A stretch of DNA of 64,000 nt from Eledone cirrhosa (Eukaryota): assembly GCA_964016885.1 (NCBI GenBank), contig OZ024743.1, positions 368,900,001 to 368,964,000 of the forward strand, in the 5' to 3' direction. A program made the translations under genes and the position numbers. The notes beneath the pieces are model-generated. The model did no database searches and had not been told where the DNA came from. It saw nothing but the letters and a program-made list of their open reading frames with translations. This document shows positions 37,603-50,159 of the stretch, in pieces (positions within the stretch are counted from its first letter, which is position 1; each line of letters starts with the position of its first letter).

Positions 37603-39100
37603 CAATGATTAAGGATCACCTTATCAATCAACAATTGATACTTAGTCCCCCTGCTTCTTATCCTACATCCCTTCTGCTCTGCAGGTAGTGTCTCCTCCAG
37701 GTATTCATACATTGCCTCAGCAATGACACCTGCCTTAAGTTTCCACATAAGAGGGAAGCTAGAGATAGGTTTGGAGTTGTCAACTGCATTTCCTTTACTG
37801 TGGTCCTTCAAACACAAGATAATTCTTCCAAAGGCTAGCCATTCTGGCAACTTCTTTTCTCCATTCAAGATCTTATTCAGTTGCTCAGCAATTTTCCAAT
37901 GAACGGCTCTCAGCTTTTTCAACCAGAATCCCTGCACCTCATCTCTGCCAGGAGATTTCCAATTTGGTATCTCTCTAAACTGGATAGTTACCATATCAGA
38001 TGTTATCTCCAATTCTCCCTGTTGATCATCCCCAATGTCATTTTTTATTTTAGTCCACACTTCTATTGTGCTCTTTTCCCACACTCCAGTTATCACTCCA
38101 AAATTTCTTACTTTCATCTGCATCAGAGATTACATCATCATTCCTAACCATGCCATTTTCCTCCTGATAGAATCTCTTCTGATTTTGTTGGAAACATACA
38201 TTGTTTATACTGCATGATCTCTTGTTCATACCACTTAATCTTTGCAGCTTTGGCAAGTACCTTTTGTTTCAGCTCCTCAATTACCATAGTAATCTTCTTT
38301 CTCCTGATATTGTATTTCCCTGTAAGTTGTTCAATCTTTCCCTTTTTTAATTCACCTCGTTTTTCCCTTTCCAGATTATTAATATCTTTCCTAAACATTT
38401 TGCTGTCCCCTTCAATTCTCCTTTTCCACCATGGTTCCTTGATCTGCTTTTGTGTAGTCTGTTTCAGACCTAAATCTTTCGCAATGTAGATACTTGCAGT
38501 GCTGGTGAGATTGTTGTTTTCTGTGATGGTTCTAGTTGGCACCATATCAAGGATGTTGTTTACTTTCTTAGTTATTTGTTTTAGCTGACATTGGTTTGCT
38601 TTTGTAAAATTTATTGGGTTGTTGCCTCCTGATTTAGAGATCTCCAATATATCAGCAATCATCCGTCTGCCTTTTCCTGATATGTACTTCGGTTCATCAA
38701 TGTTAATGTCACCTCCTGCATCATCTCGAATATTCAATTCCTCTCCTTCCTGTTGGATTCCTTCGTTTTCCGTACTCTCATCTCTATTTGAATCTCCAAC
38801 ATCCTAGCTTATCTTTTTCATTAACATTTCAATCTCAGTCTCAGATAGCCATCCGTTTTTGTGTATTGTTCTTGCCTTATCACAAATCTCCTGTTATACT
38901 CATAACAACCTTAATATATCTCATAATATCCTCTTATTGGCACACTGCTTTTATTCACAAACCCAATTCTAAAACAACACTCTATAACAGCCTTGTTTAC
39001 CTCTTTACTCCACTTCATTCTAGCAGTGTCATCATGATGACCGGGCCTGCACTGCTCAACCACAAAATACCTGCCTGATGAGGCACCTTCACTAGAAACT
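37603..39100 (-). mobile_element. R4/Dong-clade non-LTR retrotransposon, 5' half only
   Basis: [23 protein letters not shown] and [20 protein letters not shown] in ORF 37509-38123; PWWKRRIE in ORF 38144-38737; upstream WSKEVN and NGWLSETEIE. Clade call from recalled motifs. Confidence 0.75.
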
Positions 39101-39354
39101 CCAGCACTTTTTGCATCTTTGTGTAAACAATTGTTTTAGATCATTTCACTCATTGAGGTTAGTGTTTCTTTTTTTTTGGGGGGGGGCATCTCTAGAAGGT
39201 GACATAAACGACTTTGAAGAGCCCTCAAACATGCAGATTTTACACATTTTTGGATGGCTGTTGACTCTCCTGAGTTCCTCTGCTCTTTGCTGGGTTTTGT
39301 TTTTATATCATGCAGGGTGCCCCAAAATCCCTTTCCCCCTTACCTCCTACCTCC

Positions 39355-40879
39355 TCGAGCACCAAAAACATTGAGGTGATTGGCGCTGCTCTGGGGAAAA
39401 ATTGAAGCACTGACAGGATCAAAAATTAACCAGGAAAAGTTGGTGAGCCTGCAACTCAGCACCTGGAGAGGCAGGTCCATGTCGTCCAGCAGTGACGTCA
39501 GATGCTGGATAGATGGAACGATTAAATTCTCAGACTCTGGTTCAGTTCAGACATTAGGATGGACAAAAACTGGGATGAGATGATGAACTGAGTGACCAAT
39601 CTCACCCAGAAATGGGCTGACAGAAAGCTGTCCCTGAAAGGTAAGGCAGAGTGATGAACACGTATATCACATCCATCATCTACTACTGCTTTACTGTCAT
39701 GCCTTGTCTGACTGCACTGGAGTATTTGCTCTTTATCTTTTTGTGGAAGGGATGCATTCCGATGGTCAGCCGGTTCATCTGCTGTCAAGGACAGGGAATG
39801 ACATAGCTGATGATGCTCAAACATGTGCTGAGGCTAAAACATCTCAATCTTTTCCTTAACAGTGAACTGGTGTGGTCACCATTCACCCGATGCATGTTCC
39901 CCCAGCACGTCTCCTTAATGGAACTATAGTCCTTGGTAAAGCAGAGACTGAGGGGACACGCTTGGAAACTGGAATGTCATCAGGTGCTTGCAGCCCTCTG
40001 CCAATGAGGCAGTATGATCGGTGGAAACTCCACCTTGGCGTTCTTTTGAGTGTTAGTGGCAGATTAAAGTGATGACATTCTTGAGGAATCTCTAGACATT
40101 GATGAAAATCAACTAGCCACTCTTTTGGGACTTTGTCAATTCAAGATAAACTCTACAGGCATGGAAATGCCATCAGCCAGGCTTGTCTAAGATGTGCACA
40201 GGGTGATAAAACCGTTCTGCATGCAAACGTTCAGAGTCCAGCATTGCTGACTTGTGGGTTTATGCCGAACACCTGCTCTCATTGAAGATTGTCCTGCTGC
40301 CTTCCTTTAGTCAGGAAGGGCAGGTTGCCTTGTGGCCATGGCGAAAGACATTGTATATGGACATTCTTGAAAGTGCTGAAGATTAGCTCTTTCCTCTTTG
40401 GTGAAGCCTTGAGTAACTTCTTCAGGTTTCACTTAAAGAGGAAAATTAGGGAGGAGAGGGAAGTGCTGCCTTTAAAGCAATTTGTTGAAAGGTGGGTGAG
40501 AGAGACAAGCATGACCTGAGTGAATGAGTCCACTCTGAGTGTGTGCCTGTAAATTGGAAGAGGATAAATGGGACAGGGCACTTACCCTAAAGATCAGGGC
40601 ACCCATAGTTTTATTAGGTTTTTTTCCATGACCCTTGAACGTCTCTTCCCTATTGAGGAATCCCTTTTGTTTTGATTTTTATTGTTATCTTTCTTTTTTA
40701 ACATTATTAAATTTGTTTACACGCAAAATCCACACACCAACACACACATGCCCCAACATACACACACACACATCAGCACACACACACATAAACACACTGT
40801 GTGTTTGTCCTGTGCCGTTATAATGTTTTTCTTAACGTTAGCCCTCATGGTAAATAAAGAAATCATAATTATTATTATT
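39355..40879 (+). mobile_element. Older degenerate Tx1 3' half with a (CA)n insertion in the 3' UTR
   Basis: TGSKINQEK, FHLKRKIREEREVL; ends GCCCTCATGGTAAATAAAGAAAT followed by ATT repeats. Confidence 0.85.
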
Positions 40880-41060
40880 GCGGTGAATTGGCAGTATCGG
40901 TAGAGGGTCGGACGCCATACTTTGACGCATAGAGTTACGGCCCTTGCCATTCTGAGTTCAAATCCCGCCGACGTTAACTTTGCCTTTCATCCTTACGGGG
41001 TCGATAAAATAAAGTACCAGTAATACACTGGGTAATTGCTGGCCTTTAAAAGTGGAAACA
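40880..41060 (+). mobile_element. Family-A SINE, full length, inserted in the Tx1 tail
   Basis: A box TGGCAGTATCGG, B box GAGTTCAAATCC; flanked by ATTATTATTATTGC on both sides. Confidence 0.92.
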
Positions 41061-41117
41061 ATTATTATTATTATTGCTGTTGACGTCATGGTTGTTATTC
41101 CTATTGAACAATAACAA

Positions 41118-41613
41118 TGACAAGCATTGTATCAGACAAGCATTGTATCAGACAAGCATTGTATCAGACAAGCATTGTATCAGACAAGCATTGTATCAGA
41201 CAAACATTGTATCGGACAAACATTACATCAGACAGGCATTGTATCAGACAAGCATTTTATCAGACAAGCATTGTATCAAACAAGCATTGTATCAGACAAA
41301 CATTGTATCGGACAAACATTACATCAGACAAGCATTGTATCAGACAAGCATTTTATCAGACAAACATTGTATCAGACAAGCATTTTATCAGACAAGCATT
41401 GTATCAGACAAGCATTGTATCGGACAAACATTGTATCAGACAAGCATTACATCAGACAAGCATTGTATCGGACAAACATTGTATCAGACAAGCATTACAT
41501 CAGACAAGCATTGTATCGGACAAACATTGTATCAGACAAGCATTACATCAGACAAGCATTGTATCAGACAAGCATTACATCGGACAAGCATTGTATCAGA
41601 CAAGCATTGTATC
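41118..41613. repeat. 16-bp minisatellite, about 31 units, consensus CATTGTATCAGACAAG
   Basis: Direct reading; 16-aa period in all three plus-strand frames. Confidence 0.97.
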
Positions 41614-42359
41614 TTACTAACCTTTCTATATACTGTGAACTTAGGTGGTAGTTGGAGGATCAGTTATTCTCCAAGCCGACCGTTGTTTCTCCATAAATGT
41701 TTGTTTGGTTTTCTCTGTCAAATTCAGCTGCAAGTGGGACATCTGCTAAGTTTATACCATCGATCTTGTTTGGGTATTTTTATCTCTCTTCTTGTTCATG
41801 GTTTCTGTGCTGCTTAATTTTTGCCAGGTTAATTTTTGTTATTAAAGTGTCTATAGCACTTCGCTTCCCTTTGGTTTTATTTGCATCCTTGGTGTTGGTA
41901 AATACTACATTCTACCTTCCATTGCAATACATGTTTGTGCTTTTCCTGGTCGCTTAACTCTTTGTATATTCTTTAAGTTCAGCAACATCGTTTTGTTTAT
42001 GCATTTATTTTGCAAGATTCTTGATGTAAAAGCGTGTGTTGAAAACGATAGTGTTATATTTGGGGATGGTAATGTTGCCAGTATTGCCAACAAAAAGAAA
42101 CACACTCACCATATGTTTTTCACTTAATCTTTATTACTAGTTATTTGTTAGTTCGTCGAAGTTCTTTTTTCACACATTCTGTGGCCTCCTCAATGACTAT
42201 CTATTCTGTTTTGTGCCTCCCCTTCTTTCTGGTCTTAATCTGCTACTCCATCTTGTCTTTTGTTATGAGGTGCATTTTATGTGTGTTTGTATCTTTCACT
42301 GTTTGTGTCTTATTTTTTCCTACTCTGTCTTCAGTCGTGGGAGGTTACTATTCCACTTG

Positions 42360-42392
<33 letters not shown>

Positions 42393-42872
42393 AGAAGTTG
42401 CATGCAGCCATAGAAATCATGCAAGAACAGAACCTATGCGTGAGTGTGGTCATCTGACCTGTCTAGCCTCAGAAAATAATTTGTCTAAACCATGTGAACA
42501 CATGGAAAATAGTGATAAAACAGTGATAATGATGATATACACACATATATATATATACATACATATCCTAATCACACATATATGTATGTATGCATATATA
42601 GTATATGTATTTGTGTGTGTTTATCTGAGTTTGTGTTTATGTGTATGACACAACAAATTAAAAAAACAGGGTTCTGTCAAAAAGGTAACTTTTAAAAAAA
42701 CGGTCAATCGACAAGATCCCAGACCTCGTTCGCTTAACGAGCAGGGTGGAGCTTGTCAAATCAGACCGAAAAAACAATGTTTCCATTGATCTTTCCAATT
42801 GCAATTGTTAGCAATTGGAAAGGTAACTTAACTAATCAATAAATATATATATAAATAAAATAACTTATGAGA

Positions 42873-44539
42873 TTGAGATAGAGGAAACTATAGAGGTATA
42901 AAGCTGATGGACCAGGTCATGAAAGTAACAGAAAGAGTTATAGCACAGTTGATTAGGGACCAGGTGAGGCAGTTACAGGAAAAGTACCTAGCTAAAAGTA
43001 AGCCACTCTACCTGGCATTCGTCGATCTCGAGAAAGCCTTTGATAGAGTTCCCCGTTCTGTAATCTGGTGGGCTCTTAGAAAACTAGGAGTAGATGAATG
43101 GCTTGTGAAAGTGGTACAAGCCACATATAGGGGAGCAGTCAGCAAAGTTAGGATTAGCAATGAGTATAGCGAAGAATTTAGCATACAGGTCGGTGTCCAC
43201 CAGGGCTCTGTTCTTAGCCCTCTCCTGTTCATAATAGTCCTGCAGGCAATAACGGAGGAGTTTAAGACCGGATGCCCATGGGAACTCCTGTATGCAGATG
43301 ACCTCGCACTTATAGCTGAATCTATGGTAGAACTAGAGAAGAAATTCCAAACTTGGAAGCAGGGACTAGAAAGAAAGGGTCTCAAAGTCAACCTTACAAA
43401 GACTAAGGTCCTTGTAAGTAGACGAGAAAACAGAACCCAGATCCCCTCAGGGAAATGGCCTTGCTCAGTATGTAGGAAAGGTGTAGGTAGGAACTCCATT
43501 CTCTTCCCCAAATGCAAACAATGAGTACACAAGAGATGTAGCGGGATCTCAGGAAGCTTAACTAAGAATGTAGGCTTCACATGTAGCAGCTGTGCTGGGA
43601 CAGCAAGCAGCAAACAGCCACAGGTAACAAGTGCCACCAAACTATGGGAGGGCTCTGTAGAAACAGTAGACAGCTTCTGCTACCTAGGTGACCGAATTAG
43701 CAGCGGAGGTGGGTGTTCGGAAAGTACAATAACTAGGGTAAGAACGGGATGGAAGAAGTTCAGGGAACTACTGCCACTGTTAGTTGTAAAAGGCTTTTCC
43801 CTCAAAATGAAAGGCAGACTGTATGATGCGTGTATCCGAACAGCAATGTTACATGGTAGTGAGACCTGGGCGCTGTCTGTGGAAGACTTGCGTAGATTAG
43901 AAAGAAACGAAGCCTGCATGCTCTGATGGATGTGTAATAGTAATATACCCGAACGGCAAAGCATAAATGAATTGAGAGAGAGACTGAGTATAAGAGGAAT
44001 CAAATGCTGTGTGCAGGAAAGGCGGTTACGTTGGTATGGACATATGATGCGTATGAAGGATGACAGCTGCATAAAAATGTGCAGAGCACTAGAAGTCAAT
44101 GGAAACCACAGAGTGAGGAGTCTCAAGAAGACTTGGGATGAGGTGATAAAAACAAACCTTACCCAATTACACCTCTCAAAGGCGATGACACACGACTGTG
44201 ACCTCTGGCATCACGCAGTAATACAGAAGGCCCAAACCCCCACGGGTACAAGCCGAAGCTGAAGCATATAGACAATATGCCCCCACACCCTCCCACTGCA
44301 AAGTGGTCATAGAGGTGCCACGGCAAAAAAGCACCCAGCCCACACTGTAAAGTGGACGTGTAGGCGCCACGGAAAAAAAGCACCCAGCACTCACTGTAAA
44401 TGAGGTTGGTGTTAAGAAGGGCATCCAGCTGTAGAAATCAAGCCAGAATCAGATCCTGTATGCGGACACTGCCCACAACAGGACAACCCGTCTAACCCAT
44501 GCTAGCATGGAAGAACGGACGTAAAACGGTGATGATGAT
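42873..44539 (+). mobile_element. RTE LINE, 5'-truncated, relatively young (RT, Cys/His motif, 3' UTR, GAT tail)
   Basis: ORF 42907-43524: FVDLEKAFDRV, VGVHQGSVLSP, LLYADDL. ORF 43930-44262: RRLRWYGH. Two in-frame TGA stops; the QFGF segment is deleted. Confidence 0.95.
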
Positions 44540-45033
44540 TGGGAGTCAATATATATCTAAAACATTTGAAGGTCTACCTCAGAATAGTTGCAGTTCAATG
44601 ACTGAAACCAGTAAAAGAGTAAAAGAGTAATTTATTCTCCAATACATCAAGATAGAAAGGATTACTTTTATTAGAAAACATAGTATCAGTGGTTGTTACT
44701 GATTCGAGAGAATTGATCAAAGTAACTTAAAGCATCTCAATGTTGATCGACACAAGTATGAGACTCAATCCTAATGGCATCCAATAGAGTTTTATTCTGT
44801 TTAATAATCTGAGATAAATAATGTTTTCTAATGAAATATATTCTATTTCAATTAATCATTGAATAATTTTGAGCAATTTACAAAAATTAATAATTATTTT
44901 ATTATTCAGATTATAGTTTATTTATTAGAGGGAAACTTCAGTGCCTCTTGCTGTGTGTGATTGAGTGTATGTGTTTACCCCTTTTTTTTTTCTTCTTTTA
45001 TCATCCCCACCTTTTTATTCATCTTTTTAGTAC

Positions 45034-45039
<6 letters not shown>

Positions 45040-45085
<46 letters not shown>
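45040..45085. repeat. (GT)n microsatellite
   Basis: Direct reading. Confidence 0.95.
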
Positions 45086-45088
<3 letters not shown>

Positions 45089-45185
45089 AGACCTACCAAC
45101 CTCTAAAAACCTAAACACGGAGTACCATGAAAAAAAATTCCCCAATCAGAGAGAAATGAGGCAAAATGGGGAGATTTTACATAAT

Positions 45186-45360
45186 TGTTTCTACTTTAGG
45201 CACAAGGCCAGCAATTACCCAGTGCATTACTGGTACTTTATTTTATCGACCCCGTAAGGATGAAAGGCAAAGTCAACCTCGGCGGGATTTGAACTCAGAT
45301 CGTAAAGGGACGTAACTATGCTGGAAAGCATGGCGTCCAACCCTCTACTGATACTGCCAC
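45186..45360 (-). mobile_element. Family-A SINE
   Basis: Near-identical reverse complement of 48915-49099. Confidence 0.92.
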
Positions 45361-46442
45361 ATAATGAAAGCTATACCGATTTTCACAAGAGAAGAGATCT
45401 CTCACCCAATGCAAAGTGGGTGGGAGATCTCTCTGTCAGACAGGGAGAGCTGACAGGTCTGGTGTGTGTTTGTGAAAGAAATTTATTATATATAAATATT
45501 AAAAATTTGTTTATCAGTTGTACTGATTGAATATATATATGGTTCATCATCATCATTATCATTGTTGTCATTGTAATGCCCCCTTTCCCTACTAGCAAGA
45601 TATAAAATTATGTCAAAAGATTTTAATTTAAATAAGAACTCTTTTGAATAGAAGCTAGTTTTGGCTGAGTTGATATAAAAAAAGTTAAACATGGCTGATA
45701 AAAAAATGGATGATGAGAATAATAAGAGAATTGCACAAAATTTCTATTAACTTTAATCTTACTGAGTTAGTTAAACGAACCAGATTAATTAATGCTGCTT
45801 TGTTGTAACTGTCATAAAAATATAAACACATGTTTATCGAAACATGGCTTTTTATATTATTTATTTATTTATTTATTCATTTATCTATTTATCTATCTAT
45901 TTATTTACATGTAGATATGATCTCTGGCAGAATGTAAGCTCAAAAGGTAAAGTTTCTTGCAAGCTGATTCTATGACAGATTTTCATTATTAATTGTAGTT
46001 TCTATCTCACTTCATTTATATATCAAACAAGAAAGTCACAGATAACACCTGTCCCTTCCTTAAAGCAAAATATTTCATAATTAGGAGGATACTCCTAATT
46101 ATGAAATATTAATTCTGTTTATCATTCTCATGTAAGATAAATATAGTATAGATTTCTTTTTACATGGCAGAATGTTAGTTTATAAAGCAAAGAAAGTATA
46201 ATTTTGTTGAATCCACCCATGTCTTTCACTGGTAATTCTTGTATCATCTTCCTGCCACCCCAGTAAATCAACAGCAGGATTTCAACTCAAAAGGAAGATG
46301 GATGAAATTACATACTAGATGTGTTTTTATAAGTTAGTCAAAGGTAGTAGAGTAATATCAATGACCTCAGCAGGTCCTCTTAGACTGGTGTATTCAATGT
46401 AGCTTTTAGTTGAAACTAAATTTGAACATCTGTAGATGAATG

Positions 46443-46690
46443 TCATCATCATCATCATCATCATTATTTAACGCCCGCTTTCCCTACTAGCAAGGGTTGG
46501 ATGGGCCTACATAAACCAAACCAGTACTAAAGTGGGGCTATTGACCTCCTTCACAGACCAGGGCTGGGGTCTACATCTCACTTACGTATAGTCTTACATT
46601 CTATCAAATATACAGAAGAGGTTGTCATGTCTTTAAAGGGTCCTCCCAACCCTTTCTTTAGCAAGCTTTCTATGACTGGATACCCTTCCT
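46443..46690 (-). mobile_element. Short element with RTE-type 3' end and (GAT)n tail
   Basis: Minus strand reads CCAACCCTTGCTAGTAGGGAAAGCGGGCGTTAAA then (TGA)n. Confidence 0.65.
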
Positions 46691-46897
46691 ATCTGCAGTA
46701 AACTTCCAGAAGTTTACAAAATAAGAAAAGAGACCTTGGTGATATTGATAATGTGCAGAGAGACACTGGTATATTAGATGGTTCTAGCTGAAGGTTGTAT
46801 GTAACTTGTATGTTCAGGAGAACACAAACTATTGTTAGTAATGGTTGAAAAGACAAAGAAAGGAAACATTGCATCTGAAAGTATCTTAGAATGTGAG

Positions 46898-47160
46898 TGA
46901 AGGCTTGTGGTCTAGTGGTTAATGTTGTAGATTGAAACCTGGATTGGGTTATGAGTTGTGTTCTTGAGCAAAATACTTCATTTCATGCTGCTCCAATATA
47001 CTCAGCTGAAAATGAATACCAGCAGTAGCTGGAGGTTTAACCCTGTAATGGATTAGCATCTTGTCCTGGGGAGAATCTTATACTCTCAGGTGCTTAACAC
47101 CAAGAAAACTGGGATAGGCACTGGCCTAATGAGTCTGTGGGCTTATGACAAACTTTAGAC
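46898..47160 (+). mobile_element. tRNA-derived CORE-like SINE
   Basis: A-box-like TGGTCTAGTGG, then TTGTGTTCTTGAGCAAAATACTTCATTTCA..ACTCAGCTG. Confidence 0.7.
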
Positions 47161-47924
47161 TTTTTTTAGGCTAGAATGTATGTATGTGTGTGGGATGGGT
47201 CTTAGTTGAACTTTCCACAGAGTTAGCAATTAACCAGGGTCGAAATATTTTCTTGTCTTGAAAAGAAAACTTAATTGTGATGCTGTTATGGTGTAATGGG
47301 ACATATGTGAGGCTGATATAACAGATAAATAAAGATTGCTAAATCAGGCATTTCAGGCAACTTTAAGAGATTTCATAGAAAAACAGACAAAAAACTGAAA
47401 ATATAATATATTCATACTACATTTACATTGAATAGATTTTGTTTCTTATTCTATTAACATAATCTAAATGATATTGAAATCCATTTCTGTAAAATAAAGA
47501 ATATATTCAAGAGGCAACTACAACATATCTTTACCAAGTTAATTTAATAGGTACACATTCACCAGACGTTTATCATGATGAAAAAAGTGTTGTTGTTTTT
47601 TTTTTTTTTTTTGGGGGGGGGGGGGGGGGTAATGCTGATACTAAATAATACACAACACTATTAATTTGCTTCGAAATTTAATGTATTGACCAAGTGACTG
47701 ACATTGTTATAATACATTGTTATTTACTCTATGGGGGGAGGTGAGAGAGAGAGTGAAAGATCTGTTTAAGGGTTAGCCTGGCTCATCGTGCCAGGGGACA
47801 GAGATTTCATTGTGTGTTTTCAACATAGACTGAGGTGGAGGTATTATTCCTAGTGTTTTCGACATCACAAATTACTACAGTTGGGTTAAATGAGGTCTTC
47901 TTCTGCTTCTTTCCCCATGTATTC

Positions 47925-48190
47925 TTAGTAGGGTTGTGGGGGATAGAGCCCTCAAGCACATCTTCCAGTGGGTCCTGTCAGCAGCAACCATCTCCAATTG
48001 ATCCAGCTGGATCCCCAAGTAAGACCAGCTGAGCTCATTGATGTTATCCAACCATCTTGCTCAAAGTCTACCCCTGGGTCTGCTGCCAGTTGGTTTTGCC
48101 TGTAACATCTGTCCAGCAATTCTTTCCTGTGACATTTTAACCCCATGTCCATAATATTGTAGCTGTGATCTGGGAATAGCAGCTCTACTT
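47925..48190. repeat. Unclassified dispersed repeat, copy 1
   Basis: CCTCAAGCA..GGTCCTGTCAG.AGCAAC..GATCCAGCTGGATC..CATGTCCATAATATTG.AGCTGT recurs at 52985-53195. Confidence 0.75.
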
Positions 48191-48501
48191 AGAACGATTT
48201 CTGACCTCTAAGTCATGCACACTATCAAGTCACATTAAATGTGGTGATTAGGCAAAATATTAGGGATTACTTAACATTATTCTTTGGATGATCAAGCATG
48301 AGAGACAATTCCAGACATATTTTACATATCAGGCTTCATCAGCAAAAATAGTCTTTGCTATTGCAACAGAGCCAATAAGGGCAGTGTTTCTGTTACCATT
48401 GAAATGTTGAGAGAGAGGAGTAGAGAGAGAGAGGGGCTAGAGACAGAGAGAGGGAGTAGAGAGAAAGAGGGTAGAGAAAGAAAGAAAGAGGGGTGTTAGT
48501 A

Positions 48502-48851
48502 CAGGGATGTGCAACATATTCCATTGGCAGGCCACTTTTGAACATTGGAACAACTATTAGGGTCATTAATATTTATTAAGCACTATTCCAAAGATTCACC
48601 ACAACTTCTTTCCATAACATGGAACTGGGGAATTATAACTTATAAAACCCTATCAGTGAAGCCCTTTAGTATAGGTCAACTAACAGAAAATTGTATTACA
48701 ATTATGAAAACATTCTAAATATGTCTACAAGGTAAAAATTAAAAACTGTCATTGCAAGCCACTCTGGTCTGGCAGCCGGATTGTGGCCTGCAGACCGGAT
48801 TGTGGCCTGTAGGCCGGATTGTGGCCCAGGGATCGCCTGTTGCACCCCCTA
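48502..48851. mobile_element. hAT-superfamily MITE with an 8-bp TSD
   Basis: TSD TGTTAGTA at 48494-48501 and 48852-48859; TIRs CAGGGATGTGCAACA / TGTTGCACCCCCTA; three subterminal 19-bp repeats containing CCGGATTGTGGCC. Confidence 0.85.
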
Positions 48852-48914
48852 TGTTAGTAGCTGGCAGGGTGAGGGAGGTGGCCCCCACTTCTTGCACAAT
48901 ATTTTCAAATATAA

Positions 48915-49099
48915 GGGCGGTGGATTGGCAGTATTGGTAGAGGGTCGGACGCCATGCTTTCCAGCATAGTTATGTCCCTTTACGATCTGAGTTCAAATCC
49001 CACCGAGGTTGACTTTGCCTTTCATCCTTACAGGATCGATAAAATAAAGTACCAGTAATGCACTGGGTAATTGCTGGCCTTGTGCCTAAAGTAGAAACA
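48915..49099 (+). mobile_element. Family-A SINE, full length, 15-bp TSD
   Basis: AATATTTTCAAATAT at 48898-48912 and 49100-49114; A and B boxes present. Confidence 0.95.
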
Positions 49100-50159
49100 A
49101 ATATTTTCAAATATCAAATATTGGAATAGAACTCTGCAGATGAAGATAAATTACAAGTGATTTAGACTGGTGTTCAATAGATGCTTCAGGATAATTAATA
49201 TATTGATCCATTAACTGTTTTTTTAAATCTTTAAAAACCATTTTTCAAATCATAACCATTATATCAATAATTCTAATAATATATTTGAAAAAAAAATGGT
49301 TAAGATTATTATTTCTTGTATATTTTTAACTGCATGGGAGAATTATTCAATTTTTTTCACAATTTTCTTCAATTGTATTTTTACTTTTAGCTTTTTGAGG
49401 AATACGTTTGTATCAACTTATTTTTATGTTGAGATCTGTAGACTTAAGTAAGAGATAGACAGGTGGCTTTCATGTTATCAAATCTGAGTTTAGCTTAGAG
49501 CTTTGAAGAATACACTTGGGTAATCAGAAAATATTGTGCCAGCCAAAAAACTGGCAGTGCAGTAAAATATCGTCTGGATTTCTGTAACTTCAAAACTGAA
49601 GCCATAGCTTTGAAAATAGTTTGGTTTTGATAGTGTTCTTTCTTCTTCAATTTCTCATGGCAATGGAGTTGTGTGTGTGTGTGTGTGTGTAAGCATATTT
49701 TTCTCTCTCTCACTTTCTTTCTATTTCTCTCTCTCTATAGATATATACATTTATTTATATATATATATATATATAATGTGGTCCAATCAATATCAGCATG
49801 AAAAGCAGACATAAAAGGACAATGACAATGATAATATATATAAGTACACACATACACACACATACACATTGTAAATATGATTACATGCATACATTTCATA
49901 AATCTCAATATAGCCTTGCTATGTAAATAAACCCTGTTGTTAATTGGCAGAGTGATTTCTGTAGAACAAACCTAAGTACAACTAAACTAATTTTGCTTGG
50001 TTTTTGCCTGCTCATCAGGAATATCTTTGTCATTTGTTTTACAGAGAGCGAGAGAGAGGGTGTAGCTAACAGCTACTTATGAAAAATGAAATGAGTAACA
50101 GGCACGGATTTTACACATTAGCTAGTTTTACATCCTAATTAACTAAAATATTGTATCTA

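Noticed and set aside
41074-41817. 247-aa ORF and overlapping ORFs as genes
   Set aside because: By-product of the stop-free 16-bp minisatellite.
43008-44126. Antisense ORFs (210 and 148 aa) over the RTE, and similar antisense ORFs over Tx1 copies
   Set aside because: Shadow frames of LINE coding sequence with no recognisable motifs of their own.
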